From assembly GCA_963763085.1 (NCBI GenBank), contig CAVXNB010000003.1, positions 641,031-705,030 on the forward strand: DNA of 64,000 nt, read 5' to 3'. The notes under the pieces were generated by a model. That model ran no database searches. It saw only the letters and a list, made by a program, of their open reading frames with translations, and had not been told where the DNA came from. Made by a program: the position numbers and the translations under genes. Shown piece by piece: positions 39,838 to 50,178 of the stretch. Every line of letters begins with the position of its first letter. Within the stretch, counting starts at the first letter, position 1. The DNA is from an uncultured Acidimicrobiaceae bacterium (lineage in GTDB: Bacteria; Actinomycetota; Acidimicrobiia; Acidimicrobiales; Bog-793).

Positions 39838-40628
39838 CGCTGTACCAGGAGAGCGAGAAGCGCTTCGTGTATCCGCCCGTTCGTGGCGAGCCCGTCGCCA
39901 CCGTCGGCCGTCGGCACGCCTCGTAGATCCGAGAATCGCCCTCCTGCCTCCTCGAGGATCACCGGCATCGGTGCAAGATCGTAAAGGGCGGCCTCCCCGT
40001 CGACCATCGCGTCCACCCTTCCCGTCGCGACCAGGGCGTAGCCATAGCCGTCGCCCCACGTCCGGAGCTGGAGACCGGCACGCTTGACCCCGAGCAGCGC
40101 CGCCTCTTCCCATTCGCTGAAGCTGCTCGTCGTGAGGTAGCTCCCGGCCACCGCCTCGCGCTCGCTCACGTGAGCCGGCACGCCGTTGCACCGGCAGCCG
40201 AGGCCCCTCGCGGCGTACACCGTCTCTCCGAGCGCCGGCATGTTGATCACGCCGACCGCGATGCCCTGTTCGTCCTCGACCGCAAGCAGGTTGGAGTAGA
40301 GGGGCACCCCGTGCGTGAAGGCCTTCGTGCCGTCGATCGGGTCGATGATCCACCGGCGACCCGTCTCGCTCGGCTTCTCCGCCTCTTCCTCGCCCAGAAT
40401 CCCGTCGCCGGGGTGTCGGAGCTCGAGCTCCTCACGGATCATTCGCTCAGCCTCCCGGTCTGCCTGGGTCACCGGCGTGCCGTCCTCCTTCCAGTCGACG
40501 GCGAGCCCGACCGTGCGGAAATAGCCCAGCGTCACCTCACCCGCCTGGCGGGTCAGGTCGAGGGCCTCCTCCAGGAGGTGGGTGAGGGGGTTGGGTTGCA
40601 CGGGGTCTGGTTTCTCGGCGGGGTCCAT
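39834..40628 (-). CDS. hisN: Histidinol-phosphatase, inositol monophosphatase family
   Basis: [42 protein letters not shown]. Confidence 0.8.
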   Translation of the reverse strand: MDPAEKPDPVQPNPLTHLLEEALDLTRQAGEVTLGYFRTVGLAVDWKEDGTPVTQADREAERMIREELELRHPGDGILGEEEAEKPSETGRRWIIDPIDGTKAFTHGVPLYSNLLAVEDEQGIAVGVINMPALGETVYAARGLGCRCNGVPAHVSEREAVAGSYLTTSSFSEWEEAALLGVKRAGLQLRTWGDGYGYALVATGRVDAMVDGEAALYDLAPMPVILEEAGGRFSDLRGVPTADGGDGLATNGRIHEALLALLVQR

Positions 40629-40732
40629 CGCGGGAGGCCTCCTCACTGGCGACCGTAGGGCTCGCCGTCGGGGCGCCGCAAGAACCGCATGATCGCCTCA
40701 AGGCTCGAGAGCGGGGCGCCGATACACCGAAG

Positions 40733-41806
40733 ATGGATCAGACTCGGCAAATCCGCCTGCCCGTTCGCGCCGCGCGGCTCGCCGCCCTCGTCTGCCTCCC
40801 GCTGCTACTCGCCGGCGTCCCCGTCGCGGTCGGGGCCACGGGTGCCACATCGGTCCCCCGGACGACGGTCGCGAAGGGCCCGGCGGTGCCCGGGGCCCCG
40901 AAGTGCCAGATGTTCCCGGCCGACAACGTCTGGAACACCGACATCTCCAAGCTGCCGGTCAACAAGCACAGCGCCACCTGGATGGCCAACATGGGCTCGT
41001 CCACGACGTACCTGCATCCCGACTTCGGGCCGAACGAGGGCGGCTATCCCTACGGCATGCCATGGACGGTGATCAACCCCAAGACGCAGGTGTTCATCCA
41101 CCTGAAGTTCGAGTACGGGAGCGAGAGCAACAAGGGCCCGTACCCGTTCGGTCCGAAGACGCCGATCGAGGGCGGCCCGAACGCGGGAGGGGACCGGCAC
41201 GCACTCATGGTCGATCCTGCGACGTGCGTCCTGTACGAGCTCTGGGACGCGCACTACGTGTCCAGGAAGGACTCGACCGCCGGCTCGGGGGCGATCTGGA
41301 GCCTCAACTCGAACGCGCTGCGACCGGCCGGCTGGACCTCGGCCGACGCGGCAGGTCTCCCGATCCTTCCCGGCCTCCTGCTGTACCAAGAGGTGCTCTC
41401 CGGAAAGGTCGACCATGCGATCCGGTTCACGGCCGAATGCACCGACAACGCCTACCTCTGGCCGGCGCGTCACAAGGCCGGCTCGTGCGGCGCCAATTAC
41501 CCCCCGATGGGGGCACGCTTCCGGCTGAGCGCCGGCTTCAGCGCCTCGAGGATCTGCAAGAAGGGCTCGCCCTACTGTGGCCAGCTCGCCGTCGTGATCC
41601 GTGCAATGCAGCACTACGGCCTCATCCTCGCCGACAACGGCAGCAACTGGTTCTTCCAGGGCAGTGCTTACCCGCAATGGCCGATCACCCTCGTCGACAT
41701 GATGAAGCAGATCCCCGCCAAGGACTTCGTCGCCGTCAACGAGTCGTGCCTCGAGGTCAGCGGGAACTCGGCGCTGGCCTCCGCCGCACGCTGCCCGAAA
41801 GGCTGA
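40733..41806 (+). CDS. Secreted conserved hypothetical protein
   Basis: Signal peptide; FPADNVWN, GDRH, YELW, WTSADAAGLPILPGL, YGLILADNG; several Cys. Confidence 0.75.
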   Translation: MDQTRQIRLPVRAARLAALVCLPLLLAGVPVAVGATGATSVPRTTVAKGPAVPGAPKCQMFPADNVWNTDISKLPVNKHSATWMANMGSSTTYLHPDFGPNEGGYPYGMPWTVINPKTQVFIHLKFEYGSESNKGPYPFGPKTPIEGGPNAGGDRHALMVDPATCVLYELWDAHYVSRKDSTAGSGAIWSLNSNALRPAGWTSADAAGLPILPGLLLYQEVLSGKVDHAIRFTAECTDNAYLWPARHKAGSCGANYPPMGARFRLSAGFSASRICKKGSPYCGQLAVVIRAMQHYGLILADNGSNWFFQGSAYPQWPITLVDMMKQIPAKDFVAVNESCLEVSGNSALASAARCPKG

Positions 41807-41853
41807 CCGGGCTCTTTCCGGCCTCGTCCGACCGCCGGTAGCCTGCTCGGACT

Positions 41854-42702
41854 GTGCCAGCGACTCGAGCCACGACGCCCGACGGCATCCCGCTCGCTCT
41901 GCACGACCTCGGCGGCGAGGGCCGGCCGGCGCTCCTCGTCCACGCGACGGGGTTCCACGGCCGCGTGTTCCTCCCGCTCGCCCGCAGCCTCGGTGACCAC
42001 TTCCACTGCCTGGCGCCCGATCTCCGAGGGCACGGCGAGTCGGGGACGCCGGGGGATCTGGGTTTCAACTGGGTCGGTTTCGGGACCGATGTGCTGGCGG
42101 CAGTGGATGCGCTCGGCCTGGACAAGCCCGTCGGGATCGGCCATTCCTGCGGTGGGGCCGCGCTCCTCCTGGCAGAGGAGGCACGCCCCGGCACGTTCTC
42201 CGCTCTCTACTGCTTCGAGCCGGTGGTGCGTCCCGCCGACAACCCGCCGCCGCCGGAGATGTCCAGCTCCCTCGTGCGGGCCGCTCGCCAGCGCAGGGAG
42301 ATCTTCGCTGGGAGGCGCCAGGCCTACGACAACTACGCCTCCAAGCCTCCGCTCAGCGCCCTGGACCCGGAGGCGCTCGCTGCTTACGTGGAGTTCGGTT
42401 TCGAGGACCTGGCGGACGGCTCGGTCCGGCTCCTGTGCCGCGGCGAGAACGAGGCGCGGATCTACGAGGCAAGCTTCAGCCACCCCGCCTTCTCCCGCCT
42501 CGCCGCGGTCGGCTGCCCGACGCTGGTGGCGTGCGGCGCCAAGTCGGACGACTTCACCCCGGAGGTGCTCGCACCGGTGGTGCAGCGACTCCCGTCAGGA
42601 AGGCTCGAGGTGCTTGCGGAGCTCGGGCATTTCGGACCTCTCGAGCGGCCCGCCGTCGTGGCCGAATCGATCATCCGTGGCCTTGACCCACCCCCGGCGT
42701 AG
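41854..42702 (+). CDS. Alpha/beta hydrolase
   Basis: HATGF, DLRGHG, GHSCGG nucleophile elbow, GHFGP. Confidence 0.88.
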   Translation: MPATRATTPDGIPLALHDLGGEGRPALLVHATGFHGRVFLPLARSLGDHFHCLAPDLRGHGESGTPGDLGFNWVGFGTDVLAAVDALGLDKPVGIGHSCGGAALLLAEEARPGTFSALYCFEPVVRPADNPPPPEMSSSLVRAARQRREIFAGRRQAYDNYASKPPLSALDPEALAAYVEFGFEDLADGSVRLLCRGENEARIYEASFSHPAFSRLAAVGCPTLVACGAKSDDFTPEVLAPVVQRLPSGRLEVLAELGHFGPLERPAVVAESIIRGLDPPPA

Positions 42703-42712
42703 CCTGGCGGCA

Positions 42713-43654
42713 ATGGCTCCCCCGGTCACTGACTTGCCTCTCCCGAGCACGCTCTCGCCCTCGAAAATCACGGCGTTCACGAATTGCCCGCTCGCCTTCC
42801 GTTTCTCGGTGGTCGAGCACCTTCCCGAACCACCCTCAGCTGCCGCCTTGAAGGGCACCCTGGTCCACCGGGCACTCGAGCTGCTGTTCGCGGGACACGA
42901 GCGAGGCGCGAGGAGCAGGCAGGCCGCACAACATGCCCTTCATCTCGCCTGGGGTGAGCTGCTCGATGGCGACGAGCTCGGGGGCTTGGGTTTGGACGAG
43001 GGCGGGAGCGCTGCGTTTCTGGCCGAGGCGGGTGTGCTCGTGGACCGGTACTTCGAGCTCGAGAACCCCGACAACGTCAGAGCCGTGGGACTCGAGCTGC
43101 AGTTGAGCACCGAGCTCAACGGCGTCACCGTCCGCGGCGTCATCGACCGCCTCGACGAGCTCGACGACGGCAGTCTTGCGGTCGTCGACTACAAGACCGG
43201 CCGCGCACCGCGCATCGAACACTCGAGATCGCGGCTGACCGCAGTCCAGATGTATGCGCTCATGTGCGAGGCCGAGATGGGAAGACGTCCGGCGGTCGTG
43301 CGTCTTCTCTACCTGCGAGACCGGGTCGTGATCTCTGCCGCCCCGACCGACCAGGCCATGCGCGGCACCCGACAGCGAGCGCTCGGCGTGTGGTCCGCCA
43401 TCGAGAGGGCGTGCCGAAAGGACGACTTCCGCCCGAATCCTTCAACGCTCTGCCGTTTCTGCGCCTTCCAGGCATACTGCCCTTCGTTCGGCGGAGATCC
43501 TGCCCTCGCCGCCTTGACGCTTGGCTCAACCAGGCTCGCCGAGCCCGAGCCCGAGGCCGGGGCCGCCACGCCGGCGCTGGCCGCCACGCCGGCGCTGGCC
43601 GCAGCGGGTGTGGGATCCACGACAACCGGCTCAGGTGGCCTGCTCGGCGGATGA
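42713..43654 (+). CDS. RecB-family PD-(D/E)XK exonuclease with Fe-S Cys
   Basis: LSPS...CPL, GTLVH, RGVIDRL..VDYKTG, LCRFC...CP. Confidence 0.9.
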   Translation: MAPPVTDLPLPSTLSPSKITAFTNCPLAFRFSVVEHLPEPPSAAALKGTLVHRALELLFAGHERGARSRQAAQHALHLAWGELLDGDELGGLGLDEGGSAAFLAEAGVLVDRYFELENPDNVRAVGLELQLSTELNGVTVRGVIDRLDELDDGSLAVVDYKTGRAPRIEHSRSRLTAVQMYALMCEAEMGRRPAVVRLLYLRDRVVISAAPTDQAMRGTRQRALGVWSAIERACRKDDFRPNPSTLCRFCAFQAYCPSFGGDPALAALTLGSTRLAEPEPEAGAATPALAATPALAAAGVGSTTTGSGGLLGG

Positions 43655-44190
43655 CGGCCCTCATAGCGGCGCTCGACGCTCGTGTCGAGGCCCTCTTTGC
43701 CCGGTTGCGAGGCGACCGCATCGCGGATCGCGTGTTCTACACGGCTTCTGCACTCGGTGATTTCGGGTTGCTCTGGCTCGTGCTCGGTCTCTTACGAATC
43801 CTGCGCGGCCGCGCCGGGGACACGCGTGCGGGGATGCGTGCGATCGTGACGACCGGCATCGAGTCCGTCGTTGTCAACGCTGGGATGAAGTCGCTCTTCA
43901 GACGGAGGCGTCCGAGGCCGGTGGAGGCGCACCCACTGCCGTTTCGCCAACCGCTCACCTCGAGCTTCCCGAGCGGCCACGCGACGGCGGCGTTCTGCGC
44001 CGCAACCTTGCTGGCCGAGAACGAGAGGCGAGCGCCCGCCTATTACGCGCTCGCCACCGTCGTCGCGCTGAGCCGTGTCTACACCAAGATCCACCACGCC
44101 TCGGATGTCGCCGGAGGCATCGGGATCGGCCTTGTGCTCGGCCGTGTGGCGCGGCGTATCGTCCCTCTCGAACGGGAACGAGCCCGCTGA
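43651..44190 (+). CDS. PAP2 family phosphatase
   Basis: K..FRRRRP, SFPSGHA, SRVY..IHHASDV. Confidence 0.9.
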   Translation: MTALIAALDARVEALFARLRGDRIADRVFYTASALGDFGLLWLVLGLLRILRGRAGDTRAGMRAIVTTGIESVVVNAGMKSLFRRRRPRPVEAHPLPFRQPLTSSFPSGHATAAFCAATLLAENERRAPAYYALATVVALSRVYTKIHHASDVAGGIGIGLVLGRVARRIVPLERERAR

Positions 44191-44213
44191 CCGCGTCGCG
44201 GAGGAGTGCAGAG

Positions 44214-44708
44214 GTGAAGGTAGCCATCGTCATGGGAAGCGACTCCGACGAGCCGGTCATGCGGGACGCGGCCGAGGTCCTCGACGAGCTCGGCATCGGC
44301 TGGGAGATGCGTGTGCTGTCGGCGCACCGGACACCCGACGACACCATCGCCTACGCCCGGGGCGCGGCGGACCGTGACGTGGGCGTGATAATCGCGGGTG
44401 CCGGCGGCTCAGCCCACCTTGCCGGCGTCATCGCGGCAGTGACCACGCTGCCGGTAATAGGTGTCCCGATCGCACTTTCGAAGCTCGACGGGCTCGACTC
44501 GTTGCTCTCCATGGTCCAGATGCCCCGCGGCATCCCCGTCGCCACCGTGGCGATCGACGGTGCCCGCAACGCCGGCCTGCTGGCGGCGAGGATCCTCGGC
44601 GTCGGCGACAGCGGTCTCAAGGGCGCGCTCGTCGCCCATGCCGAGCGGCTCGCCGACGGCGTGCGCGCCCGGGACCGGGCGATGCAGGAACGGCTCGGGT
44701 CCGCCTAG
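44214..44708 (+). CDS. purE: N5-CAIR mutase
   Basis: [37 protein letters not shown]. Confidence 0.97.
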   Translation: MKVAIVMGSDSDEPVMRDAAEVLDELGIGWEMRVLSAHRTPDDTIAYARGAADRDVGVIIAGAGGSAHLAGVIAAVTTLPVIGVPIALSKLDGLDSLLSMVQMPRGIPVATVAIDGARNAGLLAARILGVGDSGLKGALVAHAERLADGVRARDRAMQERLGSA

Positions 44709-44737
44709 GGCGGACGCCGCCGGCGGGGCGAGCCGGC

Positions 44738-44781
44738 GCCGGCCGGGCTACCGGGCGCCGGCCGGGCTACCGGGCGCCGGT
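44738..44781. repeat. Short GC-rich tandem repeat (GCCGGCCGGGCTACCGGGC x2) between convergent genes
   Basis: Direct duplication visible after the purE stop. Confidence 0.55.
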
Positions 44782-44791
44782 CGCCGGCCCG

Positions 44792-45751
44792 TCAGGCGGG
44801 CGTGTCGCCGGGCTCGGGCTCGGGCTCGTCCCCGTTCGCCGTCGGTGTCGACGTTGCCAGCTCGCCGGCGGCGCCCGTCTGAGGGGCGACGGGCGCCGGC
44901 GGTTGCGGCGGCGGGCTCGCCGGCGCAGGCGCTCTCACGGCGAAGGGGCTTCCTTCATCGCCGGCGCCGGAACGCCGGACGAATTCGAGGAGCTCGATCG
45001 GTATCGGGAAGATCAGCGTGGAGTTGTGCTCCGTCGCGACCTCGGCCAGCGTCTGCAGCGATCGCAGCTGCATCGAACCGGGGGCTGAGGCGAGCATCGT
45101 CGCCGCCTCCGACAGCTCCCGCGACGCCTCCAGCTCGCCGGTGGCGGCAATCACCTTGGCGCGACGCTCACGTTCGGCTTCTGCCTGGCGGGACATGGCC
45201 CGTACGAGCTCGGCCGGAAGCGAGATGTCCCTGATCTGGACCTCGTGCACCTCGACGCCGAAGCCCTGCGTGGACAACGCGATCTGCGCCTTCAGCTCGT
45301 TGTTGATGTCCTCTCTGTGGGCAAGAAGGTTGTCGAGCTCGTGGCGTCCGATGATCGACCGCAAGCTCGTCATGGCGATGCGCTGGCTCGCGAGCCGGAA
45401 ATTGTCCACACCCACGACGGCCCGGACGGGATCGGCGACACGGAAGTAGACGACCGCATCGACCTGCAAGGTGACGTTGTCGGCCGTGATCGCCGACTGC
45501 GGCGGGATGTCGACCACCTCGACTCTGAGGTTCACCTTGACGACCCGGTCGATCCCCGGAATGCGGAAGATGAGCCCCGGGCCCTTTGCCTGTGAGCGAA
45601 TCCGTCCGAAACGGAAGAACACCGCCCGCTGGTACTCGGTCACCACCACGAGGAGCGACCGAACGAGGATGAGCGCTACCACGGCGAGCACGACGAGGCC
45701 ACCGATGATGCCCCCGACCACGGCGTCGGAGGCAAGAATGCCTGCTACCAC
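44792..45751 (-). CDS. SPFH/stomatin (slipin) family protein
   Basis: TM, YQRAVFFRFGR, ITADNV..VDAVVY, QAEAERERRAKVI. Confidence 0.92.
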   Translation of the reverse strand: MVAGILASDAVVGGIIGGLVVLAVVALILVRSLLVVVTEYQRAVFFRFGRIRSQAKGPGLIFRIPGIDRVVKVNLRVEVVDIPPQSAITADNVTLQVDAVVYFRVADPVRAVVGVDNFRLASQRIAMTSLRSIIGRHELDNLLAHREDINNELKAQIALSTQGFGVEVHEVQIRDISLPAELVRAMSRQAEAERERRAKVIAATGELEASRELSEAATMLASAPGSMQLRSLQTLAEVATEHNSTLIFPIPIELLEFVRRSGAGDEGSPFAVRAPAPASPPPQPPAPVAPQTGAAGELATSTPTANGDEPEPEPGDTPA

Positions 45752-45755
45752 GCCT

Positions 45756-46724
45756 TCAGTCTGCCATGTTCCGCGTCGGGGCGAGCAGGCGGGCCGTCTG
45801 GCGAGAAGTGACGCCGGCAAAAGGCAACGGCATCAGCACCGGAATCGTGACCCCGTTGGCCACGTAGCGCTGGACGTGGTCCCAGCACTGGGCCGGCGAT
45901 CCGTGCACGACCAACTCGTCGACGACTTCGTCGCTGATCGTCCCCAAGGCGCCCTTCCGGTCGCCCGCTCGCCACAGATCCCACATCGCCCGCAGCTTCG
46001 GGCCGCGTCCGATCCACTCCTGGAAGGCGGCGTAAACCTGGACGTTCAGGTAGGCGGCGATGAGCATCTTCGCCTGGGCCCGGACCTCAGCCGCGTCCTC
46101 GGATGGACAGATGTAGATGCGGCAGACGACTTCCTTGCCTGGGCCGACCTCGGGCACGATCTGCTTCACGTCCTCGGCCGAGAGCCAGTTGATGACGGTG
46201 CCGTCGGCCTCCCGTCCTGCGAGGCGCAACATGCCCGGGCGCAAGGCCGCCACCAGGATCGGCGGAACGATGGCAGGCGGCCGCTCCAAACGGAACCCCC
46301 TCACTCGGAAGGTGTCGTATTCGCGATCGACCTTGTCGCCCGTGAGTGCCTCTTTGAGGAAGCGGACCATGTCACGGTTTCTCTTGTAGGGCTCCGCGAA
46401 GACCAGCCCGTTCCAGCGCTCCACGATCACGTCGGACGAGGTTCCCAGCCCGAACACGAAGCGGCCCGGTGCCGCCTCGGCCAGCGTCGCCACACTCATC
46501 GCGAGCGTCGCCGGGCCGCGCGTGAACGACGGGACGATGCCCGTGCCGACGCGCAACGACGGTGCCCACGCCGCCGCCATCGCCAGCGGGACGAACCCGT
46601 CGGTCCCGCTCGCCTCTGCCGACCACACGTCGGTGTAGCCGAGGTCGACCAGTTCCTCGATGATCTCCTTGTGCTCGGCGAGCGGAGTGCGGTCGAAGGG
46701 AATGGTGATGCCGTAAGGGGACAT
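45756..46724 (-). CDS. LLM class F420-dependent oxidoreductase
   Basis: GYTDVWSAE, RGPATLA, GRFVFGLGTS, AALRPGMLRLAG.EADG. Confidence 0.9.
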   Translation of the reverse strand: MSPYGITIPFDRTPLAEHKEIIEELVDLGYTDVWSAEASGTDGFVPLAMAAAWAPSLRVGTGIVPSFTRGPATLAMSVATLAEAAPGRFVFGLGTSSDVIVERWNGLVFAEPYKRNRDMVRFLKEALTGDKVDREYDTFRVRGFRLERPPAIVPPILVAALRPGMLRLAGREADGTVINWLSAEDVKQIVPEVGPGKEVVCRIYICPSEDAAEVRAQAKMLIAAYLNVQVYAAFQEWIGRGPKLRAMWDLWRAGDRKGALGTISDEVVDELVVHGSPAQCWDHVQRYVANGVTIPVLMPLPFAGVTSRQTARLLAPTRNMAD

Positions 46725-46790
46725 CGCCGCATCCTACGGCGCTCGGCCGGGCGGTTCGATGCCTCACACGCGCCCGCTACCGTCAGTCCC

Positions 46791-47711
46791 GTGAAGACGC
46801 TGGCCGAGAGACTCGGTTACGGTCCGGACGACCGCGTGCTCGTGGTGAGCTGCGCCGAGCTCGGCGTCTTTCACGCCGGCAACGTGGCGATCTACGAAGC
46901 CCTCCGCACCGGAGCCGCGACCACCGCCACCTTGATGGTCCCGGCCCCTTGGGCTCGGGGCGCGGCGGCGCAGTACCGCGGCGAGGACGTCGGCATCGAG
47001 CTGACGCTGAACGCCGAGCACGACCTCTACCGCTGGGGACCGATCACCCAGGCGCCGTCGTTGCTCGACGGCGACGGGGGCTTCCCGCGGACGGCTGCGG
47101 ACCTTTGGGACCACGCCGATCTCGACGAGGTGCGCCGGGAATGCCGGGCTCAGCTCGAGCGGGCCATCTACTGGGGCTTCGACGTGAGCCATCTCGATGC
47201 GCACCTCGACGCCGTCCAGCTGAAGCCGGAGTTCTTCGACGTCTTTCTCGACCTCGCGGACGAATTCCGCCTGCCGCTGCGTCTGCCGGACGCGGGGGCG
47301 CAGCGGCTCGCCGGGTTCCCGTTTCGAGAGCTGGCCGCCGACCGAGGCGTCCTGTCGCCCGACCGGGTGATCCTGGGCGCCGGGCAGACCGGCGCTGGCG
47401 AGGCAGCCGGGCCGATCGGCGCGGGCGCCGGCGCCGGCGCCGGCGGGGCGGCGTCAGCCGACGACGACGGCGCAGGAGAGCACGCAAAGCTCGTGGAGCT
47501 GTTCGCCGACCTCGAGCCGGGCGTCACCGAGATGTCGTTCCGGCCCGCGCTCGACACCCTGGAGCTCCGGGCAGCGGCTCCCGACTGGAAGCGGCGCACC
47601 GCCGACCGCAAGCTGCTCGAGGGCGACGCGGCGGTTGCGCAGGCAGCGGAGGTGGCCGACGTGGAGCTCCTCGGCTACCGCGCCCTTCGAGAGCTCATGC
47701 GGTCGTCCTGA
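46791..47711 (+). CDS. ChbG/YdjC-family deacetylase-like protein
   Basis: LAERLGY, LMVPAPW, LTLNAE, SHLDAH; GTG at 46791. Confidence 0.8.
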   Translation: MKTLAERLGYGPDDRVLVVSCAELGVFHAGNVAIYEALRTGAATTATLMVPAPWARGAAAQYRGEDVGIELTLNAEHDLYRWGPITQAPSLLDGDGGFPRTAADLWDHADLDEVRRECRAQLERAIYWGFDVSHLDAHLDAVQLKPEFFDVFLDLADEFRLPLRLPDAGAQRLAGFPFRELAADRGVLSPDRVILGAGQTGAGEAAGPIGAGAGAGAGGAASADDDGAGEHAKLVELFADLEPGVTEMSFRPALDTLELRAAAPDWKRRTADRKLLEGDAAVAQAAEVADVELLGYRALRELMRSS

Positions 47712-47763
47712 TCGGCCCTATCCGGGTCGAGGGCCGGGCGGCCGGGCGGCCGGGCGGCCGGGC

Positions 47764-47868
47764 GAGAGCCGGGGACATTAAAAAAGAAGTCTCAACTTGC
47801 TTCCAAGTTAGGTTGCGCGCAGTCACTGTTTCGAAGGCAAGTTTGAAACGAAAATTGGTTGTGCCCCG
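47764..47868. repeat. AT-rich palindromic element copy B (inverted relative to copy A)
   Basis: AACTTGCTTCC (47794-47804) / GAAGGCAAGTT (47833-47843); flanks align to 35479-35586. Confidence 0.7.
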
Positions 47869-47916
47869 TGGGCGCTCCTGGCGCAAAAAAACAAAAAATC
47901 CGAGCAACCGCGGCGC

Positions 47917-48303
47917 TCAGTACTCGGTGACCGCCTGGATCTCGGTTTGCAGCTGCTTGTACTCGGCGGAGTTCGTGATCGGCAGGAGTGCCAGAAGCTT
48001 TGCCATGTTCCCGGTGACCTTCACGCGTCCCTGCATGAACGCGGCGTTGGCGTCGAGCTCGCCCTTCTGAATGCGCATGGCGTCCTCGTAGCTCTGGGTG
48101 AGCGTCACTTCGGCATCCGGCAGCTCGCCGAGCTTCGACTCGAGGAGCTTGCCGTTCTCGAGGACCCAGTAGTAGCGGACGTCGCCGTCGGGGGTGCCGG
48201 TTATGACGTATTGCATCCTCGCCGAGGCTCCCGGGCGCTCTGGCTGTCCCTCACTGAGCCGCTGCTGCTCGTCGAGCCACTCCTGGCTCAGCCACTTGGC
48301 CAT
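47917..48303 (-). CDS. SCP2 sterol-binding domain protein
   Basis: WLSQEW, GELDANAAFMQGRVKVTGNM. Confidence 0.88.
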   Translation of the reverse strand: MAKWLSQEWLDEQQRLSEGQPERPGASARMQYVITGTPDGDVRYYWVLENGKLLESKLGELPDAEVTLTQSYEDAMRIQKGELDANAAFMQGRVKVTGNMAKLLALLPITNSAEYKQLQTEIQAVTEY

Positions 48304-48361
48304 CTCGTCCCTCCTCAGTGTGCCGGTGGCATCTCCGCCGGCGCCTCAAGTCGCACGGATG

Positions 48362-49231
48362 TTACCGGCTCGTCGGAAGACGCACCCCTGCGAACAGGTC
48401 CTCTTCGGGAGGATGGGTATCGACGAGGCTGCGCGCCAGGATGTAGTCGTCGTAGGGGTGAATGGCCTTCAGCACCTCGGGTGGCAGGCCGAACCAGAAC
48501 TTCGAGGTCGGATCGACCTGGGTGGCGTGGGCAAGCAGCGCCAGCCGGCGGACATCCTCAAAGCCGGTCAGGTCGATAGAGGTCGTGATCTTGTCGTCGT
48601 CGCTCGGGCGGTCGAGCCACCGCTCGTCGTAGGGGGATTCCAGCCCCAGCTCGAGAAACTTCGCATGCGTCGCCACGATCCGCGCCCTCGACCAGACCGA
48701 GTAGTACATCTTCAAAGGAGCGAACGGCGGTCCTGCGTTCGGGAACCGAGCCGGATCCCCGGAGGCGTCGAAGGCCGCCACCGAGATGTCGTGAACCCTG
48801 ATGTGGTCAGGGTGCGGGTAGTACTGCTGATCCTCGCCGTAAGTCAGGATCACCTGTGGGCGCACGCGGCGAACTTCGGCGACGAGGCGCTCGACGGTCT
48901 CCTCGAGCGGGCGGGCGGCGAACGAGCGAAGGTCCGAATTCGCCTCTGTGTCGGGCATCCCCGAGTCGCGGTAACCGAGGAGAACCACCTCGTCGTAGCC
49001 GATGATCTCGGCCGCCCGGTCGAGCTCGCCGCGGCGGACCGCCGCCAGATCGGCCCGAACCTCCGGCGTGTCCATGGCGGGATTGAGAATCTCGCCCTCC
49101 TCGCCGCCGGTACAGGTCACGAGAACGGTGTGAACGCCCGCGGCGTGGTACTTGGCGACCGTGCCCGCCCCCTTCGACGCCTCGTCATCTGGGTGCGCGT
49201 GCACGCTCAGAAGGCAGAGCTGCTCGTCCAT
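48362..49231 (-). CDS. mca: Mycothiol conjugate amidase
   Basis: VHAHPDDEASKG, CTGGEEG.ILNP, YPHPDHI, LLAHATQVDP. Confidence 0.9.
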   Translation of the reverse strand: MDEQLCLLSVHAHPDDEASKGAGTVAKYHAAGVHTVLVTCTGGEEGEILNPAMDTPEVRADLAAVRRGELDRAAEIIGYDEVVLLGYRDSGMPDTEANSDLRSFAARPLEETVERLVAEVRRVRPQVILTYGEDQQYYPHPDHIRVHDISVAAFDASGDPARFPNAGPPFAPLKMYYSVWSRARIVATHAKFLELGLESPYDERWLDRPSDDDKITTSIDLTGFEDVRRLALLAHATQVDPTSKFWFGLPPEVLKAIHPYDDYILARSLVDTHPPEEDLFAGVRLPTSR

Positions 49232-49312
49232 GGCTGGCCACGCTATCGGGGCGGGGAGAAGGGCGGCGCCGACCCGCCTATGCTGGCCGGTAGAACAGCA
49301 AGGGAGCACTTC

Positions 49313-50178
49313 ATGGGTGTGATGAAACGGCTGACGAACATCGTCCAGGCCAAGGCGAACAAAGTCCTCGACAAGGCCGAGGACCCCGCGAGACGCTCGA
49401 TCTCTCCTACGAGAAGCAGATCGAGCAGCTCCAGCAAGTCAAGCGTGGCCTCGCCGATGTGGCGACGGCGAAGAAGCGGATCGAGCTCCAGGCTCAGCAG
49501 TTGCAGCAGGCGGCCGCCAAGCTGCAGAGCCAGGCACGACAGGCGCTCGCGCAGAATCGTGAGGACCTCGCCACCGAGGCGCTCACGCGGCGATCGGGGA
49601 TCGCCTCGCAGCTCGAGGGGCTGAAGACCCAGCACGACCAGCTGGCCCAACAGCAGGAGCGGCTCGAGGCGACTACCCAGCAGCTCCAGGCACGCGTCGA
49701 GGCGTTCCGCACGCAGAAGGAGACGCTGAAGGCCTCGTACACCGCCGCCCAGGCGCAGACGAGGATCGGCGAAGCCGTATCGGGCATCTCGGAGTCGATG
49801 AGCGACACCGGCATGGCGATGCAGCGGGCCCAGGACAAGATCGCCCAGATGCAGGCACGAGCCGGCGCCGTCGACGAGCTACTCGCGTCCGGAACCCTGA
49901 CGGATCTGTCCGGGTCGACGGACCCGATCCAGGCCCAACTGGACAAGACGGCCTCCGCCGGCGAGGTGGAGCTTCAGCTCGCCCAGCTCAAGAGCGAACT
50001 GAACCCTCCCGCTGCGGCACCGAGCGGCGAGCTCGGCGCGGGCGCGGCTGCGGCCTCCGACGAGCCGGTCGACGGTGAAGTCGTTCCCGACCAGCAGCCG
50101 CCGCCTCCGGCCGCGGCCTCCGCCGCCCCGGCAGCGTCCAACGACCCGTTCAGCCTGGACGACGGGAGCGGATCATGA
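49313..50178 (+). CDS. pspA: PspA/IM30 family protein; frameshift near 49388
   Basis: KANKVLDKAEDP|RETLD.SYEKQ..., FRTQKETLKA.YTAAQAQ, ARAGAVDELL. Confidence 0.9.

Noticed and set aside
42713-43654. Cas4/CRISPR adaptation gene
   Set aside because: Standalone RecB-family nuclease among housekeeping genes; no cas1 or array
35479-47868. Palindromic elements as integron attC sites or CRISPR repeats
   Set aside because: RYYYAAC/GTTRRRY boxes are not properly matched, there is no integrase or cas gene, and there are only two copies 12 kb apart flanked by core genes
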